64,000 nt of DNA. Source: Octopus vulgaris. Lineage: Eukaryota. The position numbers and the translations under genes are program-made. The stretch's first letter is position 1. The number at the start of each line of letters is the position of its first letter. Under the pieces are notes generated by a model. It ran no database searches. It was not told the origin of the DNA and worked only from the letters and a program-made list of their open reading frames with translations. The stretch is taken from the NCBI GenBank assembly GCA_951406725.2, contig OX597825.1:26722001-26786000 (forward strand), given 5' to 3'. Shown one piece after another: positions 53,379 through 64,000 of the stretch.

Positions 53379-56029
53379 TCAAATGTTATAGAAATGAAAC
53401 ACAGATGTTTATAGACATTCTGCACCGACGAAATATATCTTGCGAGATAGATAGGAAAATGAAAGAAGGGAAAGATCACACGTAAATTCAGATATATTAA
53501 CGAATGTACGCAGTTTTTCAAATATTATTACGAATGTCCCAGAAAAGGAAATACACTGACATAAATAACGAATATATATATTGAACATAAGTAAATAAAT
53601 GATAATAATACCACTACTAATAATATTTAATGATATATAACATTAGCTATATATATAAATAATTGGATATAGCCTTTTACAACTCAATGAACATAAGAAT
53701 AGAACCAAACGTTTACAGAAAATAACAAAATTTCGCTACTTTTAGAAAATAACGAAGCGGTGAAGACTAAATATACAATGGTTAAACCCTTATAATACAA
53801 TGACAATAATACAAGAAAGCCGACTAAGTATAAAAAAAGAACAAACCATGACAACAAAACAGCGACGGATATAAAGAGAGAATAAACACAGAATACGAGT
53901 ATGATGAACACAGATTTCGCCATGGAAACAATGAATTAAATATGAACCAATGAACAAGATTCCTATAGTCAGATGTAGTCACTTATCTGAATATATGAAT
54001 TAGCATTTAAATAACGCTGAGACCTCAAATTGTACCTTAGAATCGGGAACATAAGATATATTGTGATCTTATAATTTTTTTCCTATGAAAATGTAAATAG
54101 AAGTATATATAAATAAATGCATTTTAATTATCGCGATATCTGAGGTCTTATATGAATTTGAACTGAATACAATTGTCGGAAAAAGACAATAGAATGCACT
54201 TCCCAAACTCGAGGAAGATCAGAATAGCACATAATGAGAAAATGAAATGTCATTTTTTTAAATAATCTAGCAGAAACAATGAAGTGGCACATTCTAAAAT
54301 GTGTTTCAATGTGACTGACATACTTCTTCCAAAATAAAGAACACACATCGTGATATAAAGGCCAATGATAAAGACATCCACGATGACATATGTTTACATA
54401 ACCGATGTCAAAATCATAATCATAAATGAAAAATAATTTTCTCAGGTGATATGTTAGGTAAACAAAAGTATGTTGCTCATAATCTGACCTACTCTCACGA
54501 AAAAAAAAAAAAGAAAAAAGAAAAAGACCAAGCCTATAAAAGTGATATGTAAGTAAATATAAAATATAGTATCTTGAAAAAAAGAAAAGTAAACTGTGTT
54601 CCTACATTAGGTTATTCTGAAATTCGAAGTCTAATATGAAAATAGAAAAAAGGAAAGCGCTACGAAATAAAAACGAAAATTTAGAAACAAAATAATGGAT
54701 GACATGCTTTGCAAGATATGAGAGTATAAGAAACGTATAATAAATAATGTGACCAGACACCAATAAAAGGAACATCAGACTAGTAGAATTATCAGACGTT
54801 ATGAAAACATTCTACACACAGATCATGTGAAACTAAAATGTACAACTCTATAAAGTGTGGGAAATGACAGATAATGTAAATGAAAGAAAAATGTAAATTT
54901 CAGTACCGCAAATTTAGCACAGCAAATACAGTTAGGAGCTTAGTCATATAAACAGCGTAAAAGCAATGATCTAAGAAGTGATACGTTCGACATAATTTAT
55001 GGTTAAATGGTTAATCCAATATATAAGAATACGTTACAAAGCTAACGCATTAAAAAAGAACACAAATGACATTCAGTTGGTTATTAGAGCGGAAAAAACA
55101 ACATGATCACACCTCACGAACAAAATAAAGAAAAAACACTGCACACTCTCACAAAATACAGACCGGTAATATGTTTCCCATATACCTGGATTCTCTGAAA
55201 CACTGACTATGAATAATTTATGGAGGGTCATGTATATGAAAATAATATGCACGAGTAAATGTAACAAATATTTTAGATGCAAAAATAACATATACAGGAC
55301 TGATGCGGATTCTATGCATTAAATGACGTTAACGTATGAAGATTGAATATCAAACATATCACATCAAAATGAAAACGAAAAATAAAACAGATAGATAAAG
55401 TGAAGATATAACAGGTTCGTATCCTTATGAAATAAAAGCATATCAAAGTGACACCTGAAATCCAAACATCTTCATAAAATGACGGACACGTCTGTTGAAA
55501 TAAAATGCTAAATATTATAAAAACTACTGGAAAAGGAGGGCACTGACAAATAGTGAACATAGGTTGAAAAGAGCTACGGAAATTATGGATATATTGAACA
55601 AGTATAACACTATTTCTGTCATATATGGCAACGGTGATTCTCGTTAGCGTCAAATCCATTATTTTTTGTATGCGAGAAGTATAACAAAGAATATTTGCAT
55701 TCATCTACTGAATAGTAGTTACAAAGTAACAGACTACATTAAACTTCGTTCAAATATGAGGTTATTTCTCGAACTGAATTCTTGCAGATAAGAGAAATAG
55801 GAAGCTTTGTGCAGTCACTTTAAATTAAATAGAGATACAAAACTAAAAAAAATACCCCCAACTAAATACATGTATATAAGTTATATATAATGTATATATC
55901 TCTAAATTTATCTGAGATGAGTCTCGATATATCTCTGAGTTACGCCTTGCGATTTTATTCTAGGATATTCATCAACGAACCTTCAATTACAGGAGCTTCT
56001 GTGTTAGGGAACATATTCTTTTTTTCACT

Positions 56030-56228
56030 TACAAACTGGACGCTGGCGTAGCGGTTTTCATGACGTAGGGCGTAGCTTGGGGCCGGTCAGATTGGAGCAG
56101 TCTTGAGTGTAACCGGCCGAAACTGCAACGACGATCTGGAATTCAACTGAAGACAGAAAGCTCCGAATGACCCGTCCTTGTTTTTCCCTGTCCATTTTTG
56201 TATCGTATAACTGCCCAGATGTTTTGTT
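56030..56228 (+). mobile_element. Unclassified dispersed repeat (same family as 41955-42310)
   Basis: See the partner copy; abuts (TA)n. Confidence 0.7.
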
Positions 56229-56234
56229 TATATG

Positions 56235-56289
<55 letters not shown>

Positions 56290-56290
56290 A

Positions 56291-56871
56291 TGGCATCTTT
56301 ATTTAGGAGCCTTTAATTGTATAACCACATGATTAATATTTTTCTATATGAATAATATTTTCGTCTTATGACTAATTCGTCTTTTGTGCTGGGCACCTGG
56401 TAGTAAATAATATTACTACCCTTCTTGTTTATATTCGCATACTACATGATGAATTTATTCGTAAAATTCTTCCCGGCATGCCCGTGTAAATTTTGCGTCT
56501 GCGCAGAGATTTGAAAAGTTAAGATCTGCTAGTAGTTGGGTTTAACATATAGCCCCACATCGCTGCGGACCTCGATTAAATTCAGGCGACTCGCTGATGA
56601 AGCCAGCCTTAGCAAACATATTCTGTGTTTTGCTAGAAAGAAGCAGAAACCGCGGTACGAGTTGTTTAAATTATCGGTAAATGTTTTTGATTTTCACTCT
56701 CGATAAATTCATCCCCTTTTTGTGTTCCCAGCACTTGGCATCTTTATTTAGGAGCCTTTAATTGTATAACCACATGATTAATATTTTTCTATATGAATAA
56801 TATTTTCGTCTTATGACTAATTCGTCTTTTGTGCTGGGCACCTGGTAGTAAATAATATTACTACCCTTCTT

Positions 56872-56879
<8 letters not shown>
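56291..56879 (+). mobile_element. HHR-bearing non-coding element with identical 144-bp terminal direct repeats (retrozyme/pLTR-like)
   Basis: 56291-56434 is identical to 56736-56879; period 445 bp; (TA)n on both sides. Confidence 0.9.
56585..56666 (+). ncRNA. Type-I hammerhead ribozyme
   Basis: GGCGACTCG-CTGATGA-AGC..TAGCAAACATA-TTC-TGTGTTTTGCTA..GCA-GAAA-CCGCGG-TA-CGAGTTGTT. Confidence 0.85.
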
Positions 56880-56911
<32 letters not shown>

Positions 56912-56914
<3 letters not shown>

Positions 56915-57137
56915 AACTAGCAGGAACGTTACCACGCCTGGCGAAATGCGTAGCCGTATTTCGTCTGTCGTTACGTTCCGAGTTTAAATTCCGCCTAGGT
57001 CGACTTTGCGTTTCATCCTTTAGGGGGCGATAAATTAAGTACCAGTTATGCACTGGGGTCGATGTAATTGACTTAATCCGTTTGTCTGTCCTTGTTTGTC
57101 CCCTCTGTTTTTAGCCCCTTGTGGGTAGTAAAGAAAT
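56912..57137 (+). mobile_element. SINE family B copy
   Basis: Colinear with 20251-20476. Confidence 0.92.
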
Positions 57138-58487
57138 ATATATACATATATGTATGTAAGTATGTATTTGTATTGTATATGTGTATGTATGCAAGTGTGT
57201 GTATATATGTCTGTATGTGTTTGTACATGCCTGTTTGCGTGTATCTGTAAACCACCAAAACCTAATCTAGTATCACGCGCGTCAAAACTAAAATATCTAA
57301 GGATAAATTGTGTGTTTATCACATCATATAACCTGCGCGTATTATCATAGTTTAAAGCGACGGAAAATTATGAGAATCGAACGTTGGAGTCTGTAGTTAG
57401 TATATAAGATCCAATCACACAATATCTACGCCACACATTGTTTTTCAGAAGGAACATTCATATGTATTTCCAGTGACTAAGTATTATCTGAAAAAAGGTT
57501 GTTTGACAATGTTGTTAATTTTATAAATGCGATGGGACAGTTATACTGAAAGCCAGTACAATGAAAGGACTGTCTGCACATAGTGATGAGGACTAAACGA
57601 CTATCAAACAATTATTACTAAAATTAAAGTATTTCGAAGTAAAATGGTTAAGTTGTGTAGAAAAACAGCGTATATCATAATCATAATGAGATCGATTCAG
57701 CTGTTTCCCTCTATCTAAGAAAATGTGACTATCTATTAAATGACTCACCATTATTGATTATGAAAAGGCGAGGGATATCCACTCAAGGGGTGTGAAATAT
57801 ATGAAGAAAAAATGCATTGCTCAATGCCTATCCTCACAGTTGGATACTTGGCACATGTATGAAGAATTATCTCGAAAGCTATTGTAGAATAGAGAAATAA
57901 AACCTAGGTACCCGCGTTGCAGAATGTTCGACAGGAATGAATGCAGACAATATACTTGTAATTTTCAATGAATAGTGGGAAAATGCTGAAAACTACTAAA
58001 TTAGTAAAAAAAAATATAGGTAACAGTATAGAGGATGTCGGTATTTGTTTGAAGAATTCTGTGACCCTCTAAAAACAAAAACAAAAAAGGAATAAAGATC
58101 AAATAGGAAGGGGATTTATGCATATTCTCCGGAGAGCGTTCGAGGAATGAATGTTATTAGAATGAAAGGCTCCGAGATTAATTCATAGGATATGTAGCTT
58201 GCCTAGAACCAAATATTAAACACTAATTAGCAACGTTATTGAAGTTTATGCCATTTGATAAAATATGAGAACGATAATAATAGTTATGATGTTGATGAAG
58301 GTAATTGTATATATACGTATATGTACATATATTTTTTTAACGAAATTTGCGTAATTGTGTAGGGAATAATATTTCGGTTGAATAAAGTTACAACATGACA
58401 ACGTGAAAACCAGACCATGTTGTAATTTTATTCAACTGATACACAAACACACACACATACACAAGCTTACACACACAAGCACACACA

Positions 58488-58567
<80 letters not shown>

Positions 58568-58569
<2 letters not shown>

Positions 58570-58985
58570 CGCTGGAGTGGCTATGTGGTAAGTAGCTTGC
58601 TAACCAACCACATGGTTCCGGATTCAGTCCCACTGCGTGGCATCTTGGGCGAGTGTCTTCTGCTATAGCCTCTGGCCGACCAATGCCTTTTGAGTGGATT
58701 TGGTAGACGGAAACTGAAAGAAGCCCGTCGTATATATGTGTATATGTATATATGTATGTGTGTATGTGTTTGTGTGTCTGTGTTTGTCCCCTTTGCATTG
58801 CTTGACAGCTGATGTTGGTGTGTTTACGTCCCCGTAACATAGCTTTTGTGCAAAAGGGAGATAGAATAAGTACTAGGCTTACAAAGAATAAGTCGCCCTG
58901 GTGTCGATTTGCTCGACTACGTTGGTGCTCTATCATGGCCACAGTCAGATAACTGAAGGAAAGACAAGAAATAAAAAAATAAAAG
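58568..58985 (+). mobile_element. SINE family A, full-length with internal (TA/TG)n
   Basis: A box TGGCTATGTGG, B-box-like GATTCAGTCC, CORE-like CTTGGGCGAGTGTCTT, internal microsatellite, tail GGTGCTCTATCATGGCCACAGTCAGATAACTG and an A-rich end. Confidence 0.92.
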
Positions 58986-59001
58986 ACTAAGAAGATGTAT
59001 A

Positions 59002-59046
<45 letters not shown>

Positions 59047-59072
59047 ATAAGCAACAAGTATGACCGAAGTAA

Positions 59073-59160
59073 TGCGGTACGATCGTTTCATGCTACTTCA
59101 TTTTATTAAACACTGTAAGCATTACATCAGTTTTAAAATGCCGTGCAATCTTCAACCACC
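59073..59160 (-). ncRNA. Hammerhead motif (core variant TTGAAGA), same family as 49047-49137
   Basis: Minus strand GTGG-TTGAAGA-TTGC...CATTTTAAAACTGATGTAATG...GCAT-GAAA-CGATCG-TA-CCGC; next to (TA)n. Confidence 0.65.
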
Positions 59161-62100
59161 TTCAGAAATTTTCCAATCAAACGGACAATGCACATTCTTA
59201 TCCCTATTTCGTCTGCCAACATTATAGAGAGAGTAGATATATAGACAGAGAGGTTTCTTAAGAACAAGATAGTATTAAATCTACTCTCTGACTGTGAATT
59301 TTAACATTATTATTATTAACTATAAGAATGAAATCAACCTCTATGTCTATATATCTACCCTCTTTATTTTGTTGGCATTCTCTTCTCCTTCGAAGTCCTA
59401 AATCCTGAAACTCATTTCTAATGTCTTCACCTGGATTAATTCTCAATATTACACAGTCCGCTTTCAGTGCGCAGCCTGCCAATGTAATTCGAGCATTCAC
59501 TACACAGTAACCCTATCTGTAAATACGCTATGTACTGTTCTCCCTCCCTTTCTCTCTCTTTATCTCCCTCTATATATGTGTTCGTATATATATATTTCTA
59601 CCTCTACTTATTTATCTATTTGTATATCACTGTCACACATTACCTCCCTGTTTAGAACTTAGGTGTATTTGAACGGGAATAATGAGAGCCTACACCAAAT
59701 TTTAAAGTCAATACACACAATCTATATTTGCAAATCAGATCATAATTAAATTCATCTCGTCTAAATATGCATTTTTACTCAACCATTCATTCGGCCTACT
59801 ATATATATATATGTTGTACCTTAACATTCAGTTGCTACTCTTCTCGAATTACCCATTGCAAACAACTAAATTCTCTAGCAAGAAAATTGCTTATCTTGTG
59901 GCGAAGAATCATCAACATGTGCAGTATAAAACGTAAAGCTTATTAAAAATAATATATTGAATTTACATTTAATTATGTGTTACTGTTCAATTATACCAGT
60001 CTGACAGATGTTCCTTTTAATTCTAAAACTTCGAAAATTTTCCAAGTCGTTACTTTAAAACGTAATTTTTGAAAATATATAATTAATTTAACATTCTTTT
60101 TTAATTGAAGTATACGTTAGTTAATTTTTAATTAAGTTATAATTATAGATTGTCTTAGCCATGCAGATATTAACTTCTCTTAACACGAAATCATTTTTCA
60201 GTGAATATTTCTTGTAGCTATTAACGCAGAATCTTTTGTTCAAGCCAAATGCTTTAGTCACGTATTAGTAATCGATTATGTTTCCAAGAACAAATACAAA
60301 TGAAGAGATACAAATTATCTCCTGCCTAACTCTTTGTCTGTCTGTCCGACTGTCTTTCCCTCTGCCAGTCTTTCTCTCTCCCTTTCTCTCTTTATATCTA
60401 TACTTCTTTCAATAAACCCACTCATAAACACACAGACGTCTGTGTCAGTTTGCGCGCGCGTTGTGTTGAGACAGAAAGCGAGAAAGTGAAAGAGATAGAT
60501 AGACAGATAGAGAGAAAGAGACAGATATATACATAAAGTGAAAGAGATAGCTAGGTAGATAGATAGAGAGGAAGAGAGTGTGAGTGTGAGAGTGTGTGAG
60601 AGGGGGAGAGTGTGACTGTGAGAGAGAGAAGGAGAGTATGTATGTGTGAGAGAGTTTGTGTTTGTGTGTGTGGGAAGACAGAGAGAGAGAGAGAGAGAAG
60701 ACAGAGAACTTAATCGAAATTTATGCATTATATAACGTACACGTCTTTTCAAAATGACGACCGCCGAAAATTACATGAACCGAATGGCTGTATTGCGCAA
60801 CTAATGTAGAGGACATCATTGGCAAAATTGCAACATAAAGACAGGAAATATGTCCTTAAGTAAACCATTGTCGGGTTATCTGAAGGTAAAAGTGTAGAAG
60901 GAGGAGGACAAGATATGGTAACATAGCCATAGCAATAATATGATTAATAACTCTAATCAGAATATTGAATTTTTTAAAAATTTCAATGATAACTATAATT
61001 TCGAAAATAATACAATTAAGAAAACAATAAACTGGAAAATATGAAAAATCAAAATGGCAGTATATAATAACAAAAATAATACTAATGAAATAAAAGACAC
61101 ATCCAAATGATAAAATAAGAATAGAAACGCAACCGCCAGAAAAGTGAAATAAACTTGATGTGGTGTGAATATCACAGTCAGAACGAAAGAAAAGAAGTGA
61201 ACAGATAGCAAGTTTAAGAAACCCATTGAACTTGGACACACATCTAGGATCGTGCGTGCGTGTGTGCATATACGCATATATGCATGTATTGTGTGGATAC
61301 ATATGTATATGATAATTGAACGTTTGAATGCAATTTGAACCAATATGTCTTCCACAACGCCATCTAGTGTTATTTTATATGTGTAAGCATGGTTGTATTC
61401 AATACTCTTCTATCGACAACTTTATCTTGAATCAGTACTCTTGAAGTATGTTCCAACTTATCAAATTACGAATTTAGCAAGAAAATTGTACATCTTAAAC
61501 TTTAAAGTACTAATTTATCCGTTATTTCTTGTTACCTTTGTCAATAATTATATCTCACCTTAATATACAATTATCTGTGTTGTAGTTCACTACCAACTAG
61601 ACTGACAGATGTTATCTTAAACACACAAAACTTTATATCTTCAGAGAAAGTTGTAAATGTAAAACGTTGTTTTGGAAAACGTATAATTAATTCAATATTT
61701 TCTTTAATATTCAAGGATATACTATTTAATTTTTTATAGAGGTGTAATTGCTCGTCTGAAGTGTAGGCTTCATAACAATGTCTCACTTATCAGATGACGT
61801 TTCTTGCATCTATTAAATAAATATACTTCATTTGAAGTCAAAGATATTTGTCGCATATTTGAAACAGACGCACTTAATGGATGTACTGAAAATGAAAACA
61901 ACTAAATTAACCACATCCACCTGCATGCATACATACACATGTATATACATGTGTATATTTATTACAAGTAGGATATAGCACGCAGAAGATCGTATCACGT
62001 AGAAGGCAGTACGTCCCCACTGGTGTAGTTCAACTACCAGAATTCTTCTCATTTTCGTCAATATGGCCATTTATTCTTTCACATCTTACACGAAAATCCA

Positions 62101-62526
62101 GTGTTATAAGAATCAGATCTCAATTTTTATTCTGCCTCACCAGCTGAGTTTTTCGGACCTTCCGCAGCCATCGTTGGATTAATATATAGCATCTCAACAT
62201 ACTCTTCCATATTTATTTCAGGCAGAAACAAGAACCATTCTACATTATGTAATTTCCACTCTCAATGACGATGGAAGAATGCACATCTCATATTTAGCTG
62301 ATAAAATATCTGTGTGTTTCAGAATAACACCAGTGTCTCTCATTGATCATCATAGGCGCGAATGTTGAGAAAACTCGGTATTTTCACCTGAACATTAGTG
62401 ATATAACTTGCAAATAACCTCCTCAATTGACAAAACAAGGAAGCCAGGGAAGGCATCAAAATATGGGTAATAACAAACATCAGAACTAATATGAACGACT
62501 GGTTATGAAAATAGAGAGAAAAGGCC

Positions 62527-62705
62527 CATACATACATACATACATACATACATACATACATACATACATACATACATACATACATACATACATACATGCA
62601 TACATACATACATACATACATACATACATACATACATACATACATACATACATACATACATACATACATACATACATACATACACACACACATACATACA
62701 TACTT
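62527..62705. repeat. (CATA)n microsatellite
   Basis: Direct inspection. Confidence 0.97.
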
Positions 62706-64000
62706 ACATACTTGTTTACATACATATTTACATACATTCATAAATACGCACGTGTACGCATACTTGCAAAAAGGAGCTCCGTAAACTTTTACTTCATTCA
62801 ACTCTTATCCCTAACTGTGGTCGACTAACCTGCCCTTTCAAAATGGCTTCCTACTTTCCTAAATTACAAACAATTACTTTCATTTTATGTGTATAGATAA
62901 TACTATGCCTTCTCCTTTAATCAGTTGCTATATTTCATATACGAAATATTTTTATCACCTATAATAAGGCCCAATCGGTCTGCACATTAGAGCAGCTGTC
63001 ATGTTCGTATACTCATAGACATAGCGTAAACAACACGCGAGGAGCACATCAAATATGCAGCATGAAAATATGATTCCTAATTTTGAACTTCAAAGAATAT
63101 TTCCTATCAAAAAATAAACAAACTCGACAAATCGCAAGAAGATCCCAAAATTTATTTTTCAGACTCTGAATTAGTGTTGCTAAAAGTCATTTGTACAATA
63201 TATTTGTACACCCGTTGTACAACAGATTTAACTAATGGATATATTTTTTCTACATTTCTCTTTCTTTCTGGTACAATAGCAATGTTCTCTCTTCGTCTTT
63301 GGCAAATATTTTTCAACCATTCTTTTATTTCAACCATTCTCCTAACTCCTAGAATAATCATCGGAGTCTGCACTAGTTACAAAATATAATAATGTTTTGG
63401 TCAGATTGGCGGCGGCTTCATATTCCGTTCGTGCATTCTTTTTAAATTTCCTGTACTCATAAATGTCCAATTGTACACAAGAGAATTTATTCCCAACACA
63501 GAACAGCCACCTCCCTAAGATCAAAGTGGTTTGGAACCAAATTCTCTAAAAATAATTTCAAATCATATTATAAGCTATCATTTCTGCAAATTGAAGGGAT
63601 AATGTTCGTATATTATCATTTTGTATCCAGTAAAATGCCCTATAAATATTACTGTCGTTATAATTTTTAATTCTTTACGACAAATTATTAGAGCTGTGTA
63701 TATACAGGAAATAAATATATTATGGCTAATACTAATACTAAAGGAAATAAATATATTATGACTAACATCATATACTATCCATTTTGTACAATATGATTTA
63801 CAATATACAATGAAAAACATAATATTGCTTGTTACATAATACTGATAGCATATTCAATACGACATACTTCAATGGATTTCCTCTAGGCTGTTTGGGGTGT
63901 CAGAGAAATTATTGTCTTTTGTGTTCATATTCCTTTATTATTTATAATAAAGATAGTGATGGTTATTTTCAAGATGATGTGTGTGACGCTGGAGATGATG

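Noticed and set aside
56140-56182. CTGAAGA...CGAATGACCCGTC as a hammerhead
   Set aside because: No GAAA and no convincing stems II or I in either this copy or the 42045-42085 copy.

Overview
AT-rich, microsatellite-saturated animal non-coding DNA. The repeat families look most like an octopod cephalopod (inferred from recalled repeat families, not tested). No intact host gene is supported, and nearly all listed ORFs are translations of simple repeats. The window holds a full-length but dead mariner (DD34D), a second mariner fragment, three fragments of one DD36E-type Tc1 family, 3' ends of Tx1/L1-, R4/Dong-, CR1/L2- and RTE-like LINEs, three tRNA-derived SINE families, and a cluster of Penelope-like elements (PLEs) at about 24.8-31.5 kb. 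The most notable signal is a set of about a dozen type-I hammerhead ribozyme (HHR) motifs, intact or decayed. Most have palindromic stem III and lie in short non-coding inserts abutting (TA)n tracts. Two inserts (19056-19659 and 56291-56879) are about 1.2-1.3-mer head-to-tail units with terminal direct repeats, one HHR per monomer and a shared 3' hairpin. They look like retrozyme or solo-pLTR-type non-autonomous retroelements, possibly copied from circular RNAs by a PLE reverse transcriptase. Two other inserts (28730-30419 and 31171-31504) are fold-back inverted repeats with an HHR on each arm.
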